Positions 25,746 to 37,717 of a stretch of 64,000 nucleotides of DNA are shown piece by piece. A program made the position numbers and the translations under genes. The notes under the pieces are model-generated. The model saw only the letters and a list, made by a program, of their open reading frames with translations. It was not told where the DNA came from and ran no database searches. Position 1 is the stretch's first letter; each line of letters opens with the position of its first letter. Origin of the DNA: Eledone cirrhosa (taxonomy: Eukaryota); assembly GCA_964016885.1 (NCBI GenBank), contig OZ024743.1:260462001-260526000 (forward strand), read 5' to 3'.

Positions 25746-26879
25746 GGGATATTTTCGAAACAGCGAGCGAGTTTCAAATTATAAATATAAGCTACCGACG
25801 TCAATTACATCCCTAGGGATTTTTGTACAATTTGAAAACAACAGAAACGAAACATTCATTGCAGGTTAAAATTTCGTCTAGATAGATCAGAAGCAAAACG
25901 AGGGTGTAGTTTATGGAACACCCAAATGATTTAGAAATCGACTTTAACTAACATTAAGAAAGACATGAACGACACCACATCATTTTGCATTGAAAATATT
26001 GAAAGAATGTTTATAAGTATGAATTTTCAGGACAGTTTTGTAGCAGTCTTAGTGGACTAACATTAGTTACTAGAGACAGTGGAGATCCTGGTCTTGGGTT
26101 CAATCCTGGTCGAGAGGTGCATGTAATCGTTTTCAGTTTTTATTTTACATCCCATAGAAAAAAAACCTGAAAATATTTACCGGGAACCCTACTCGCGACC
26201 AGGATCGAACGTCAGACCAGGATCACCACCATCTATGATTCCTCCAACTAGGCCGCCAAGACCACTACGAAGGTAAATTGAATATTAATAATTATAAACC
26301 TAATTTCAAAATCAGAGTTTAAAATATTTGATGATGTTCATGGCTTTCCAAGTGCTATTAGTTATATTTAGGGTCGACTTGTCATTCTTCTGGCTCTTTG
26401 GTAACAACCTCATTCTTCCTATGTCTGTTTAACTGTTGAATTGATTTAATTTGATTATTTGAACAAACAATTAATATATAAATACAGTGGCTGACTGGCC
26501 AAGTTACCAGGTTACCCAATGGCTGGTGGTCCACAGGGGGCCCACTATAGCATTGCAGTGGCCCATAGTAGCATTGCAGAGCCCACTGTTGTATTTTAGG
26601 GGTCAATGCTTTGCTTTCAAAAAATACCTGAAGTCTAAGAGAAAGAATCATTTTTTTTTTAATAAATAAAACAATTAAGCAAAGCATTTGATCAACCAAT
26701 TGCCCAGGGAATTAATAGAAACCAAAATATAGGATAGTGCAAGTAGCTGGAATCGGTGGTTGTACATTCTACTAAATCTAAGGCTTAGTGTATTAATTCA
26801 TGCATGCCAACATACATATATTGACAAACACACACAAGCCTGCAAACATACATCATCTTTACTATTACTTACTAAAATA

Positions 26880-28300
26880 TGGAAAGTTTCGTGATGAGGC
26901 ACCCCCACAGCCACGGTGGTCAGGGTGGAGAAGGCTTTTCCCCGGAGGACGGCAACGGAGAGGCGCTGGAAAAGCCACTCCAACTCGCAGGGTTCACACG
27001 TCCGGCTGGCCAGCTCAGCGCCTATAGTGGTGAGTAGGGAGGTAGCCCTAGGGGCGAGGACACCAGAAGTCTCCACACCCATGGTACAACCGCAAACCTT
27101 TCGGAGAGCGACCGGTATTTGAGGAGTTTGGCCTCCTCAGCCCGACGTGCAGCAGAACCTGGGTTAGTCGCAGACTGCACCAGGTTGCGGCTGCAGAAAG
27201 TGTTGGTGCAAGTAGCATCCCAGACGAGGAGTTTGCCACCGCGGAACCGGAAGATGGTCATGCCATCTGGCCTTTTGCCGTACCCGCGGTCCAGCCCCAC
27301 CGGCTCGAGCTGGGAAGCCCGCAGCGTCCAAGCCATGATTTATGACCTCGTTGAGGGCAGCATGGCGTGGAAGGCGGCCGTCACTGTGGCGACAGGAAAT
27401 CGGCCGAAAGAGTCCACGGTGGATCCGCAGCGACATTGGTGTGGCTCGCAGATGCGGAGGCCGAGCCTCAAGGAAACGCCGATGCGCAGGCTATTGTTGT
27501 CTAGCTGTGTGCCAGTGGAGAAGGAGGGCAGGGCATGGAGCCAGGCACCACTGTGGCTTTGGAGACCGCACGAAAGCAGGCAAGGCGGTGCTGGTCGAGC
27601 TGGTGCGTAAGCCTGTCTGAGGCCAGGCTGCACTGGATGGCATCCCAAGTGCTTTGGGGGACTTGACGTCAACAGGGGGAGAAGGAGGAGGGACGTCTAC
27701 TGGGCTAAGTCTCAGCCGGTCCCACGTCTCACAGGCGGCCTCACGTTCTCTGAACACAGAGGGTTCTATTATGTTTTGAAGAACCCTGCTGACGAGGACG
27801 CGACACGAGGTTACCGATGAAAGATACGCCGGCAAAGCCAGCGAGATCGGCGACCGGAGCTAAGGCCGCCATACCTGACAGGTAAAGTGGCCTGTTGCAT
27901 CCAATGTCGTCAAACTTGACGTTATATATATCCTCGGATACAAGTATCCAGGTCAGCGAGGAGAGATGTGTGGGTGTAGCACGGAGCGCTGCGAAGTGTA
28001 TAGAGGAGCTTCGGTATGGCGAAGCAGTTCCTCAACAGAAAGAGAGCTGGGTGGCCGTCGATCAAGCCCAGTCGGCTCGTGAGAGTCCGGAGTTGTTGAA
28101 ACCTGGATCTGATGGTAGAGCGGATGGCCGGTGGGTGGATCGGTGACACGAGGATGAGGACATCTTCTTTGGGGGTCACCTGTACCTGGTAGAGAATGGA
28201 CCGCACGTCCGAGACGGAGGCTGCAAAGCTCTCAGCATCGTGCCTGACATTCACCACTTCCGACTTGGCCGAGTTGACCTGGAGGCCGATTCCCGCCAAT
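26880..28300 (-). mobile_element. CRE-clade-like non-LTR retrotransposon, 5'-truncated and frameshifted (RT C-terminus, zinc finger, restriction-like endonuclease)
   Basis: GLQVNSAKSEV; GAWLHALP...LRLGLRICEPHQCRCG; LEPVGLDR..GKRPDG...LVWDATC; K..KY; GVETSG; LFQRLSVAVLRG. GC-rich island. Confidence 0.85.
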
Positions 28301-28304
28301 ATGC

Positions 28305-31300
28305 ATGCGTTGAGCCGTTATAGCAGCCAGTTTACTTCGTGAATCTCCTAAGTTATTATTTCTCTGTCTTTTGGGTCTATTCTTTTTGGTAATAATTACC
28401 TTTTTTTAAATTTCTCACATTTATTTCGACGCCTCTATGGCGACCTCAATATCTCGGTTGTGGCATCTGTCAAGATGTATTTTGACAGAAGCTCTCGTTG
28501 TCATGTGCTCCTTGATCTGGATATGAAACATCCGGACGGTACTTTCGATGTACGACGACCTACATTTTTTTACATGTGATCATGTAAATTTCATACCCTC
28601 TCATGCACACTTACAGCCACAGACCCCTCATCTTCCAATAGTGAAGATGAGGCAAAACCAAAATCCCCCCCAAAACAAACAAGAAAAACACAAAGAAAAA
28701 AACTCCACAAAGCACAAAAACACCCACAATAAAAAAAATGTAGATACCACCCACGTAAACATCTCCCCAACAACACCAACATCATAAACACCATCACCAT
28801 CATCAGAATCCCCCAAACGTAAACAACCTAAACAGACACAAGACCAAATATACACACACAAACATCTGAAAGAGCAGACACCACCCTCACAACAAACACA
28901 GACACAACCGTCACCACCACAGTCACTCAAACTAATAAAACTGCACCAAGGAAACATACAAAACTTCATGCTTGTCAGAAGGGCCAACAAGGAATTGATG
29001 GCCTTCGTAGCACGAAGTAAAGAAATTCAAATAGAGGGGGAGATTTTTTGAATCGAGCACATTTCGCGTGCCAGAAGATTTGTTTCTAGTGCGAATGTCG
29101 CTCGATTCTTACAAAAGAAATTCGAGAGAGCTTTCCTGGGGACGTGGGAACCCCGAACGTAAAACCCACATCGAGACTTTTAAAGGTGTTCCCAAAAGAA
29201 TCCCCTCCAATTATGGAGGTCAAACCACCCCCACCTTCACAAGACCCCAGAAGGTAAGTAAACCTTTCCTCTCTCTTTTAGCCTCCCAACATGTGCGTGT
29301 GTGTGACAGCTCACACCTATGCAGGTTTAGCTGGCCTCCTCCAAGGTATATCTCGTTGGAGGTGTCTTGGGTGATTTAATGATAGGGACTTCAGTCTTAT
29401 CATCTCATTTCCACAGCTGAGTAAACTGGAGCAACGTGAAATAAAGATGGCCATATTAAGTGTAGGAAGTTTAAATGTTCGAGGCCTGGGGTCGCCCTGA
29501 AGCAGGGTCGCCTGCTCAACGACCTCAGGTCTCGAGAAATGGATGTAATTGCCGTCAGCGAGACCAGGATTTCCGACACGCGGTCACTAGCCCCATTTTT
29601 GACGTCTCTCAGATCTTCGCATCTGTTAGTCGGCAGGGAATGAGAGGTGAGGTGGCAGAGCTGTTTAGGAAAGGCCAGGATATCGAGATAAGATCGATCT
29701 TCCGGGACTCGGACGGTAAGTTGGTGGTCCTAGACGTGAACAATACCGTCTGAGTGGTGGCCGTCTACGCCCCTATCGGGGCCGGACAGCCAGACTTCTT
29801 TAGACGCCTGGAAGCCTTTCTGGGTACGTTTCGCTCTTTATTGTTAGCGGGGACTGGAACTGCATCTTAGACGTACGCTGGGATTGTGTGGGAGTAGCCG
29901 ATAGGAGTGTGTGTGTGTGGGGGGGGGGGGGTAAAAGACTCAAGTACCTGATCAGCCAGTTCCAACTGTCTAAGAGGTACCGACTAGATAGATTTCCCTA
30001 ATGCGCCAGTGTGGATCTGGACTGACCGCATAGGGTCACCTAGATCGTATATAGACAGGATTTTCATTAGGAAAATAGATAGAGATAATGTTAATTGTCC
30101 CCGTTTTAAAACGGTCACCTATTCAGATCACAAGTTTGTGATCTGTATGGTCAACCTAGATAAGACACGTAGGTTAGGGTCTGGTTACTGGAAGCTGAAC
30201 ATGTCATTTCCGGCACGTAAGGCTTACAGGGACCGGGTCAACAATTTAGTTAAGCAAAAGTTGACGGAGTGGGGGGATCGTCAACAACAGATGGTGGGGG
30301 GCTCTCAAAAGAGATATTAGAGTAATTCTAATTTCGATCGGATTTGGCAAAGAAGTAGCGTTAGAGAAAAATAGAAAGGAGGGGGAGCTGGTAGTTAAGT
30401 TAGACGTGGCTATTTGTAGTGGCATTGCAACTGACATGCTAGTGGCGAGAATGACATTAGACCATTTCTTCAATGCGAAACACGACGGTTGCATTGTCAG
30501 AGCTAAGGCACGAGCTCTGAGAAACGAGAGAACCAAAGCTGTTCGATGGCCCTCGTGGCGGAGGCGCAGCGTGATAATAAAACCACAATTCGGTCTTTGG
30601 CGGACCGATTCCAGGCGGATGTGTGAAGCCTTTCGCCAGTATTTTGTTCAGTTGCTCGGGAGGAAGTGGAGAGTCAGAGACAGTAGCGGACTTCAGTCCC
30701 TACCGCGATGATTTGCCGTGCCTCTCTACTGCCGCCGCTGGGCGCTGTGAAATTCAGGATGCCCCTGTCGGCTGCACGCGTCGCAAGTCACCTGGCTTGG
30801 ATGATCTGCTCTACGAGCTTTACGTAAATATGCTAGACTTGTTCTCCGATCTCCCGGAAGCGCTCTACTGTAACTGACAGCAGGCCGGGAGCATTCCCAG
30901 TTCTGTGAGCCGGGGTGTATTGACACTGGTAAGGAAAGACGAGAAGAAGAGGGACAAATTAGACAACTTCAGGCCCCATAAATCTGCTCAACACAGAGTT
31001 TAAGATTTTGGCCAATGTGTTAGCAAAGAGCGCTTGTCTAAGATTTGGTTAGGGAGGCGCAAACTTGCGCAATCACGACTATGTCCATACACGACAACCT
31101 TCACCTCATGCGATACATCATAGAAAGGGTAGTGTGTAAACCTGGCTTCGGTTGGGCTCTGATAAATTTATATTCAATCGAAAGCATTCGATAGGGTCGA
31201 CCATCTGTACCTGGAGGCTGTCCTCAAGGCAGCTGGCTTCAGCCCCATCTTCAGAAGCTGGGTCGCTGCAATGCACAGCGGCATCTGCTCGGTGGTCAAA

Positions 31301-31762
31301 GTTAATGACCACCTCTCGGAACCATTTCAGATCTCCCGATCGGTCGGTCATGGGTGCCCTCTCTCCTCCATTCTGTACGTATTGACTCTCGAGCCTTTAC
31401 TGCGGAAGCTGGAGTTGGTGCAGGGCATCTCGTTCGAACCGGGACGCGGAAAGGCTCTGTCAGCTTTTGCAGACGACATCACCGTGATGGCGTCGGACAC
31501 CTCGGAAATTGAGGTGGTCAGCACCTTATTGGAGGAATATGAAAGGTTGACGGGAGCGAAACTTAACCCGGGAAAGTCGGTGGGCTTGAAGCTCGGCACC
31601 TTGAGAGCCAAGTCCATGTTGTCCAACAGCGTCGTTGGGCGCTGGACGGACGGACCGTTAAAGTTGCTTGGGGTTTTGTTCGGACCAGACCTCCAGGTGG
31701 ATAAGAATTAGAATGAGGTGACAAGCAGGGTAGCCAGTTTCACCCAGAAATAGGCTGCGTGG
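28305..31762 (+). mobile_element. Degenerate Tx1/L1-group LINE (element E): partial ORF1, ORF2 with APE and RT, 3'-truncated
   Basis: ORF2 starts ATGGCCATATTAAGTGTAGGAAGTTTAAATGTTCGAGG at ~29448; motifs SYIDR, YSDHK, GYWKLN, KSPGLD, GCPLS, AFADD; homologous to elements at 35.5-50.6 kb. Confidence 0.9.
29294..29447 (-). mobile_element. 5'-truncated SINE fragment inserted at the ORF2 start of element E
   Basis: Shares core and tail with 4036-4575; flanked by ATG on both sides. Confidence 0.65.
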
Positions 31763-31946
31763 TCTAGTGGGAGAGGGAATTGTGAGAGAGAGTGAGGTAT
31801 GTAGTGGAATATAGAGACGGGAAGATAATTTGAGTGGCTGTATATATGTGTGTGTGTATTTATATGTATATGTATGTGTATATATATATGTGTGTGTGGG
31901 TGGGTGGGTCCGTCTTTATATATATGTGTGCGTGTTTGTATGTTTC

Positions 31947-31979
<33 letters not shown>

Positions 31980-32039
31980 TTGTTTGTTTATATATGCGAG
32001 TGTGTGTTTATATATATTTGTGTGTGTGTGTATATATAT

Positions 32040-33356
32040 GTGTCCTTCCAAAACTCTCGAAGGGTGAGGTTTGTGCTCTCTGTCACCTCAAAGTAACGGC
32101 AGAACAGGTGCTTGGTGAAGACCTTCTTGAAATTAGAAATCACCTGCTGGTCCGTGGGCTGCTGAATAGGGGCGGTGTTGGGTGGAAGGTAGAAAACCTT
32201 CATAAACTTGAACTCTTCGAGGGTGTCATCTTCAAAGTTAGGTAGTTGAGCAGGTGCATTGTCCAGGACGAGAAAGCCTTGCAGGGGTAGGTTATTTTTC
32301 TGGAGATACTACTTAACTTCAGGACCAAAAACCAAATTTACTCACTCCACAAAAAACTTCCTGGTGACCCACACCCTCAGGTTTGCCCTCGACATAACCT
32401 GAAGTTCTTCTTTCGGAATATTATGTGACTTAAAGGCTCTGGGGTTTTTCGAATGATAAACGATAAGCAGCTAAATCTTGCAGTCGCCGCTCGAATTGGC
32501 ACATAGTGCGAGGGTTAGCCTATCCTGAATGTGTTTGTGGCCTGGCATCCTCTTCTCCACTGCCGTTATATAAGTTCTCTTGGTACCTTCTTCCAAAAAC
32601 GTCCTGCCTCGTCACAGTTGAAGACTTGCTGGGGTTGTATCCTTCGGCTGCTATAATTCCGACACAAGTTTTGAGGTAATCCTCAGCTGCCTTCATATCC
32701 GCACTCGCTGCCTCACCATGTCTGACAACGGAGTGAATGCCGGTCCTCTTTTTAAAATTCTCGAACCAGCCCCGACTGGCTATAAACGGCTCGCCCGATG
32801 CCTCGTCCGTCGAAGTGCCTGGGGTCTGCTGCAGAAAATCAGCGTAAATGGCTCATGCCTTCCGCATATTATAGCCTCCGTCACGGTATCTCCTGCGGGT
32901 TGCTTCTCTGTCAACCACACATCAGCAACCTTCCATATTTTCATGGATAGATGTCCGCTGTTTAGAAATTATTGTAACGCCCTTTAGCTGACGTTATAGC
33001 CTTTATCGACTCCTTCTGCTTCAGTATGGAATAGATTGTAGAGGTGCTACGCTCGTACCGCTTCACCAAGTCGACTACACGCACACCTTGGTCATGTTTT
33101 TCGATAATTTCTTTCTTTAATTCAATGCACATCTTAGCACTGTCTTTCACGTTCACTTTCTTAGGACCCATGGTATGCTGGGTGGATGTTACGGCGTTCA
33201 CTGTGGCATTCGCTACACCAACTATCGGTGGGGTATCTGAAGGTGGCTCGTAACCTGAATTTTAGCTTGCAACTCAAAGCAAAAAATCGGCCGAGAGACG
33301 GCTAGTATCTCGAAAAACTAGTTAATTTGGACAATCACAACTCAAGGTACCACTGT
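32040..33356 (-). mobile_element. Tigger/pogo-family DNA transposon fossil, one end missing
   Basis: TA-CAGTGGTACCTTGAG end at ~33340-33357. MGPKK...IELKKEIIEKHDQGVRVVDL..RY..STSTI.SILKQK (CENP-B-like HTH); later NCDE, LVLDNAPA and YLPPNTAPIQQPTDQQVISNFK (DDE domain), with stops and frameshifts. Confidence 0.9.
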
Positions 33357-33406
33357 ATATATATTATTTTGCGAGGTTTTTGATATGAAATCGTGTGTCG
33401 AAATAA

Positions 33407-34170
33407 ATATTGTTATACTTGTGGAGGGTCATATTGTTGTAATAATGTTGCTAGAAATAATAACAGAACATACTCACTGTTTGGTTGGTTTTCGCTTCTG
33501 TATCTTTTATATCTCCATAGTTAATTCATTCGATCCTCAATGTTTACCATTGACTGACCAACGGTCAAAAATGTAGATATAATATAGATATAAACACATA
33601 TATATAGTCTAACAAAGTTCTTTCGTTGCACATCTGCAACATCATCAGTGGTACTATTATGTTCCTCCTGTTGTATTGTATATCTACGCCATTTTTCTAC
33701 GCCAGAAAAATGGTGAAGATATACGATACAACAGGAGGAACATAATAGTACCACTGATGATGTTGCAGATGTGCAACGAAAGAACTTTGTTAGACTATAT
33801 ATGTGTGTTTATATCTATATTGTATCTGTATTTTTGACCGTTGGTCAGTCAATGGTAAACATTGAGGACCGAATGAATTAACTGTGGAGATATAAAAGAT
33901 ACAGAAGCGAAAACCAACCAAACAGTGAGTATGTTCTGTTATTATTTCTGGTATAGAGGGTCAGACACCATGCTTTGCAGCATAGTTACGTCCCTTTACA
34001 ATCTGAGATCAAATCCCGCCGGGGTTGACTTTGCATTTCATCCTTACGGGGTCGATAAAATAAAGTACCAGTAATGCACTGGGTAATTGCTGGCCTTGTG
34101 CCTAAAGTAGAAACAGTTATTATTTCTGGCAATATTATGACAACAATATGACCCTCCCCAAGTATAACAA
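33407..34170. repeat. Fold-back element (~290-bp arms, 5-nt loop at ~33699-33703), SINE inserted in the right arm
   Basis: 33407-33698 is complementary to 33704-33950 plus 34116-34170; hammerhead-like motif in each arm. Confidence 0.85.
33951..34115 (+). mobile_element. tRNA-derived SINE with target-site duplication
   Basis: B-box-like GATCAAATCCC and GGGGTCGATAAAATAAAGTACCAGT core; GTTATTATTTCTGG repeated on both sides. Confidence 0.85.
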
Positions 34171-34194
34171 TATATATATATATACACACACACA

Positions 34195-34237
<43 letters not shown>

Positions 34238-34267
34238 CCAGAGTTGGGCTAGATCGATACAAACAAA

Positions 34268-34840
34268 CAAACCGAGCATTATAATAAATGTTCGGTAAAC
34301 CGATACGTGCATATATATATGTGTGCATGTATGTATATATATACATACTACTGTACGTCTGTATACATATATGTATGTACGTATACATACATACATACTT
34401 ACATTTAAGTAAGTGCCGTACTAAGACTGAGAAATGAAATTTCGTTTCATTCTATTCCATTTATCGTTTTCGGTGTGCCCGGCCGACTGAACTCACTCGA
34501 TATGCAAATTAGGCTGCTCAGCCGTTAATATGCATAAGGAAAGTATATACTTTCAGACGTTCAACCATCTGGCAGGAAGGTATACGATGCTGACGATAAC
34601 TAATAAGCTTGAAACTAGTACATCGTTCCTGTGTCAGTGTTGAACAAAAAGGTGACGTGGTTGCCTAAACACTGTACGGCGTAATTCGGGGTGTTTGTTT
34701 GTTTACACACAAAAAAACCGAGAATTATAATAAATGTTCGGTTTACCGATACGTGCATATATATATGTGTGCATGTATGTATATATATATACATACTACT
34801 GTACGTCTGTATGCATATATGTATGTACGTATACATACAT
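34268..34840 (+). mobile_element. Family B hammerhead repeat, ~1.3 units; hammerhead at 34584-34626
   Basis: Homologous to 24921-25712; ACGATG-CTGACGA...GAAA-CTA-GTA|CATCGT; ATGCAAAT at 34502. Confidence 0.85.
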
Positions 34841-34909
<69 letters not shown>

Positions 34910-35435
34910 TAACAGATTAAAGTTTAAGCAAAGAATCGCTGCTTTCACCCTTAACGGGATCTTCTGAAACTAAAAAAAATCAATCTGTGCACGCAGAAGC
35001 GAATATTTCGAAAAACGTTGCAACCGAAGGAAGACAGGAAGGCAATACTTTGTTTCGTGAAGACGTTCCCTGGCGATGAACGGAAAATAACGAAGATAAT
35101 ACGTCAGCAATGAGAACAATTTTTGTCATAATGTCGTAATGCAGACAGTCAGACATACAGACAGATATTATAAGGGCGCGACGTTATAGCTATGTATCTA
35201 TCTAAAAAGACTGACTAAGAAAGAAATAGAGAAATCTATAACTGGCGCCTAACATCCCTTTAACAAGACAAAAATGAAAAATAAAAGCTGCAGTTAATAT
35301 CTTTAGACACAAGAAATATATAAATGCAAGTTTGAAGTCAATCGGAGTAGAAATATGGATTTGTATAGACTTTGCAAAAATTAGGACACACACACACAGA
35401 CAATTTTATTTTTATATATGTATAGAGAGATTTAT

Positions 35436-35441
35436 ATAGAT

Positions 35442-35507
<66 letters not shown>

Positions 35508-35523
35508 GGATAGATAGATAGAT
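35436..35523. repeat. (GATA)n microsatellite at the 3' end of the Tx1 stack
   Basis: Directly visible; abuts the element D terminus. Confidence 0.95.
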
Positions 35524-37717
35524 ATGTTTCTTTTATTTGCCACTAGGGCATCAAAAGTGGGACAAGTACAAAGGGGGGAGTTTACACAAAAAGGCGTCCT
35601 CAATAAGGAGGAGGCAATAACAAAATATAAAAATAAAATAAGATATAACAAAAAATAAAATTTATAACAAAATCCTCAATAGAGAGGAGGCGCCTTGGGG
35701 GGTCGCACACACCCCCGAAAAAAGTGTGCAACCCTTCTCCTCAGGAGCACAGAGAAGGGGTGCTCCCTTGGTCTTTCATCTTCCTCACCTATAGTCTGAT
35801 GTAGAGTGAAGGCCCATTCACACGGGCCATTCTCGCCACTTTCACCCATCTTTCATAGAAACGGCTGGGGTGCAGCACCTCTCTCTCCATCCTGATCCTT
35901 CTTCCGAAATGATATCGGAAGAAACGGACCAGTTGTTGGCCAGAGAGAAAGGTGCCTGACCTCAATCCTTTCAGACGCGTCCACCACAAACCTCTTTCGC
36001 CATGGCTATTACGCACAGAAACACCGCCTCTGCTTCATCTTTGAAGGGGGGAGGCGGCTTGATCATTACAATAGACTCGGTGGTCAACCGGATCGGTCCC
36101 ACCCTTGACAGCAGTTGTTCGACATAGCCCCACAGATCGGCTACGCCCGAGCAGTGTACCAATGCGTGTGCAACGGTTTCCTCGTCGCACACGCATCTGG
36201 GACAGATCTTTTTGGCGGGGTCCCTACCCGGGCGCCCGTGTCTGTAGAGCCTTTCTCGAACGGGTAAAGCCCCTCGGTAGCACTGCCAGGCCAGGGACTT
36301 CTGGAAGTTGTCCATAGGTCCCGGGCTGAATGTCCTACCGAACAGGCTGGCCAGTTCGTCCTCCTCCATGTCTAGGGCTTCTCCGAGGGCGTCGTCGCAC
36401 CTGCTGCGTACCAGCCCTCTATAGAATGTTGCGGTGGAGTCTCCACTGATAACCGGATCCGCCTGCCAGAGGGCGGTGGGCGCCTGGGCACACTCAGTGT
36501 GCCAGGCGCCCAGTTTTCTCGGTCTTTGCTTGACCCAGGATTGCAGCTCGGTGAGTGAGACGAGTCTGGGAAAGGTTCGTCTCACAAACGAGGCCCACAC
36601 CGGTTGTCGGGTGAGGAATACGTAGAGGTGCCGTAGCCTTAATGCGTGTTTACGCATCATTAGCCACGGCATCCCCAGCCCTCCTTTCGAAGGGTGTTGA
36701 CAGCAGATGGATCTCCTCACCATAGGAGCCCGCCTCTTCCAAAGGAATTGGAAGAGCGCGCGCTCCATCTTGGTGAGGGTTTCCCTTGGGCAGGGCACTA
36801 CGGTCAGGCGGTAGTAGATGACGGACGCTATGTAGGTGTTCGCCACCTCCGCCCGACCTTTCAGGGATAGTTTGCAACTGGCCCACTTCTGGGTCAGTGC
36901 AAACACCCTGTTCGTAACCTCCGCCCAGTTTTTCTCCACCTGGAGGTCCGGTCCGAACCAGACCCCGAGCAACTTCACCGGGCCCTCCGTCCAGCGTCCG
37001 ACGACGCCATCGGAGGGCATCGGTCTGCCCCTCCACGTGCCGAGTTGCAAACCGATCGACTTGTCCCGGTTCAGCTTAGCCCCTGTGAACTTTTCGTACT
37101 CCTCCAGTAAGGTGCCGACCGCCTCGATTTCGGAGGCCGTCGACACCATTACTGTCACGCCATCGGCGTAGGCCGACACCGCTTTCCGCAATCCCGGTTC
37201 CAAAGGGATGCCCTGCAACAACTCCAACTTCCGCAGTAGTGGCTCGAGAGTCAACACATACAGAAGGGAGGAGAGAGGGCACCCTTGTCGGATGGACCGC
37301 GCGATTTTGAACGGCTCCGAGAGGTAGCCGTTCACCTTGACCCTAGAGCAGATGCGGCTGCTGTGCATAGCAGTGATCCAGCCCCTGAAAACGGGTCCGA
37401 AGCCTGCCGCCGCTAGCACCGCATCCAGGTAACCATGGTCGACCCTATCGAACGCCTTAGATTGATCCAAGTTGATCAGAGCCCCACCAAAGCCGGGTTC
37501 GTTCCCAACCCTCTCTATAATGTATCGCATGAGGTGAAGGTTGTCATGGATGGACCTGGACGGGATAGCGCATGTCTGCGCATCTCCCACCAGGTTGCCC
37601 ACGACAAGCGCCAACCTCTTTGCTAGCACCTTGGCCAAAATCTGTAACTCTGTATTTAGCAGAGTTATGGGCCTGAAGTTACTTATTTCGTCCCCCTTGT
37701 TCTCGTCCTTCCTCACT
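35524..37717 (-). mobile_element. Tx1/L1-group LINE D, 5'-truncated (RT, C-terminal zinc finger, 3' UTR)
   Basis: 581-aa ORF with NFRPITLLN, LDQSKAFDRV, RQGCPLS, YADG (catalytic D lost), CPRC...EETVAHALVHC; ends GTGGCAAATAAAAGAAAC then TATC repeats. Confidence 0.93.

Larger units (their letters stand above)
15926..26840 (+). repeat. Diverged composite tandem repeat of three blocks (order C-A-B-C...B-C-A...B-C), interrupted by later insertions
   Basis: Block A: 16952-17235, 24476-24755. Block B: ~17285-17960, ~23300-23993, ~25805-26484. Block C: 15926-16323, 17962-18433, 23994-24447, 26485-26840. The duplicated track ORFs 23891-24190 and 26382-26699 confirm similarity. Confidence 0.85.

Noticed and set aside
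32040-33201. Domesticated TIGD/CENP-B-like host gene
   Set aside because: Multiple stops and frameshifts, and a retained transposon end with TA.
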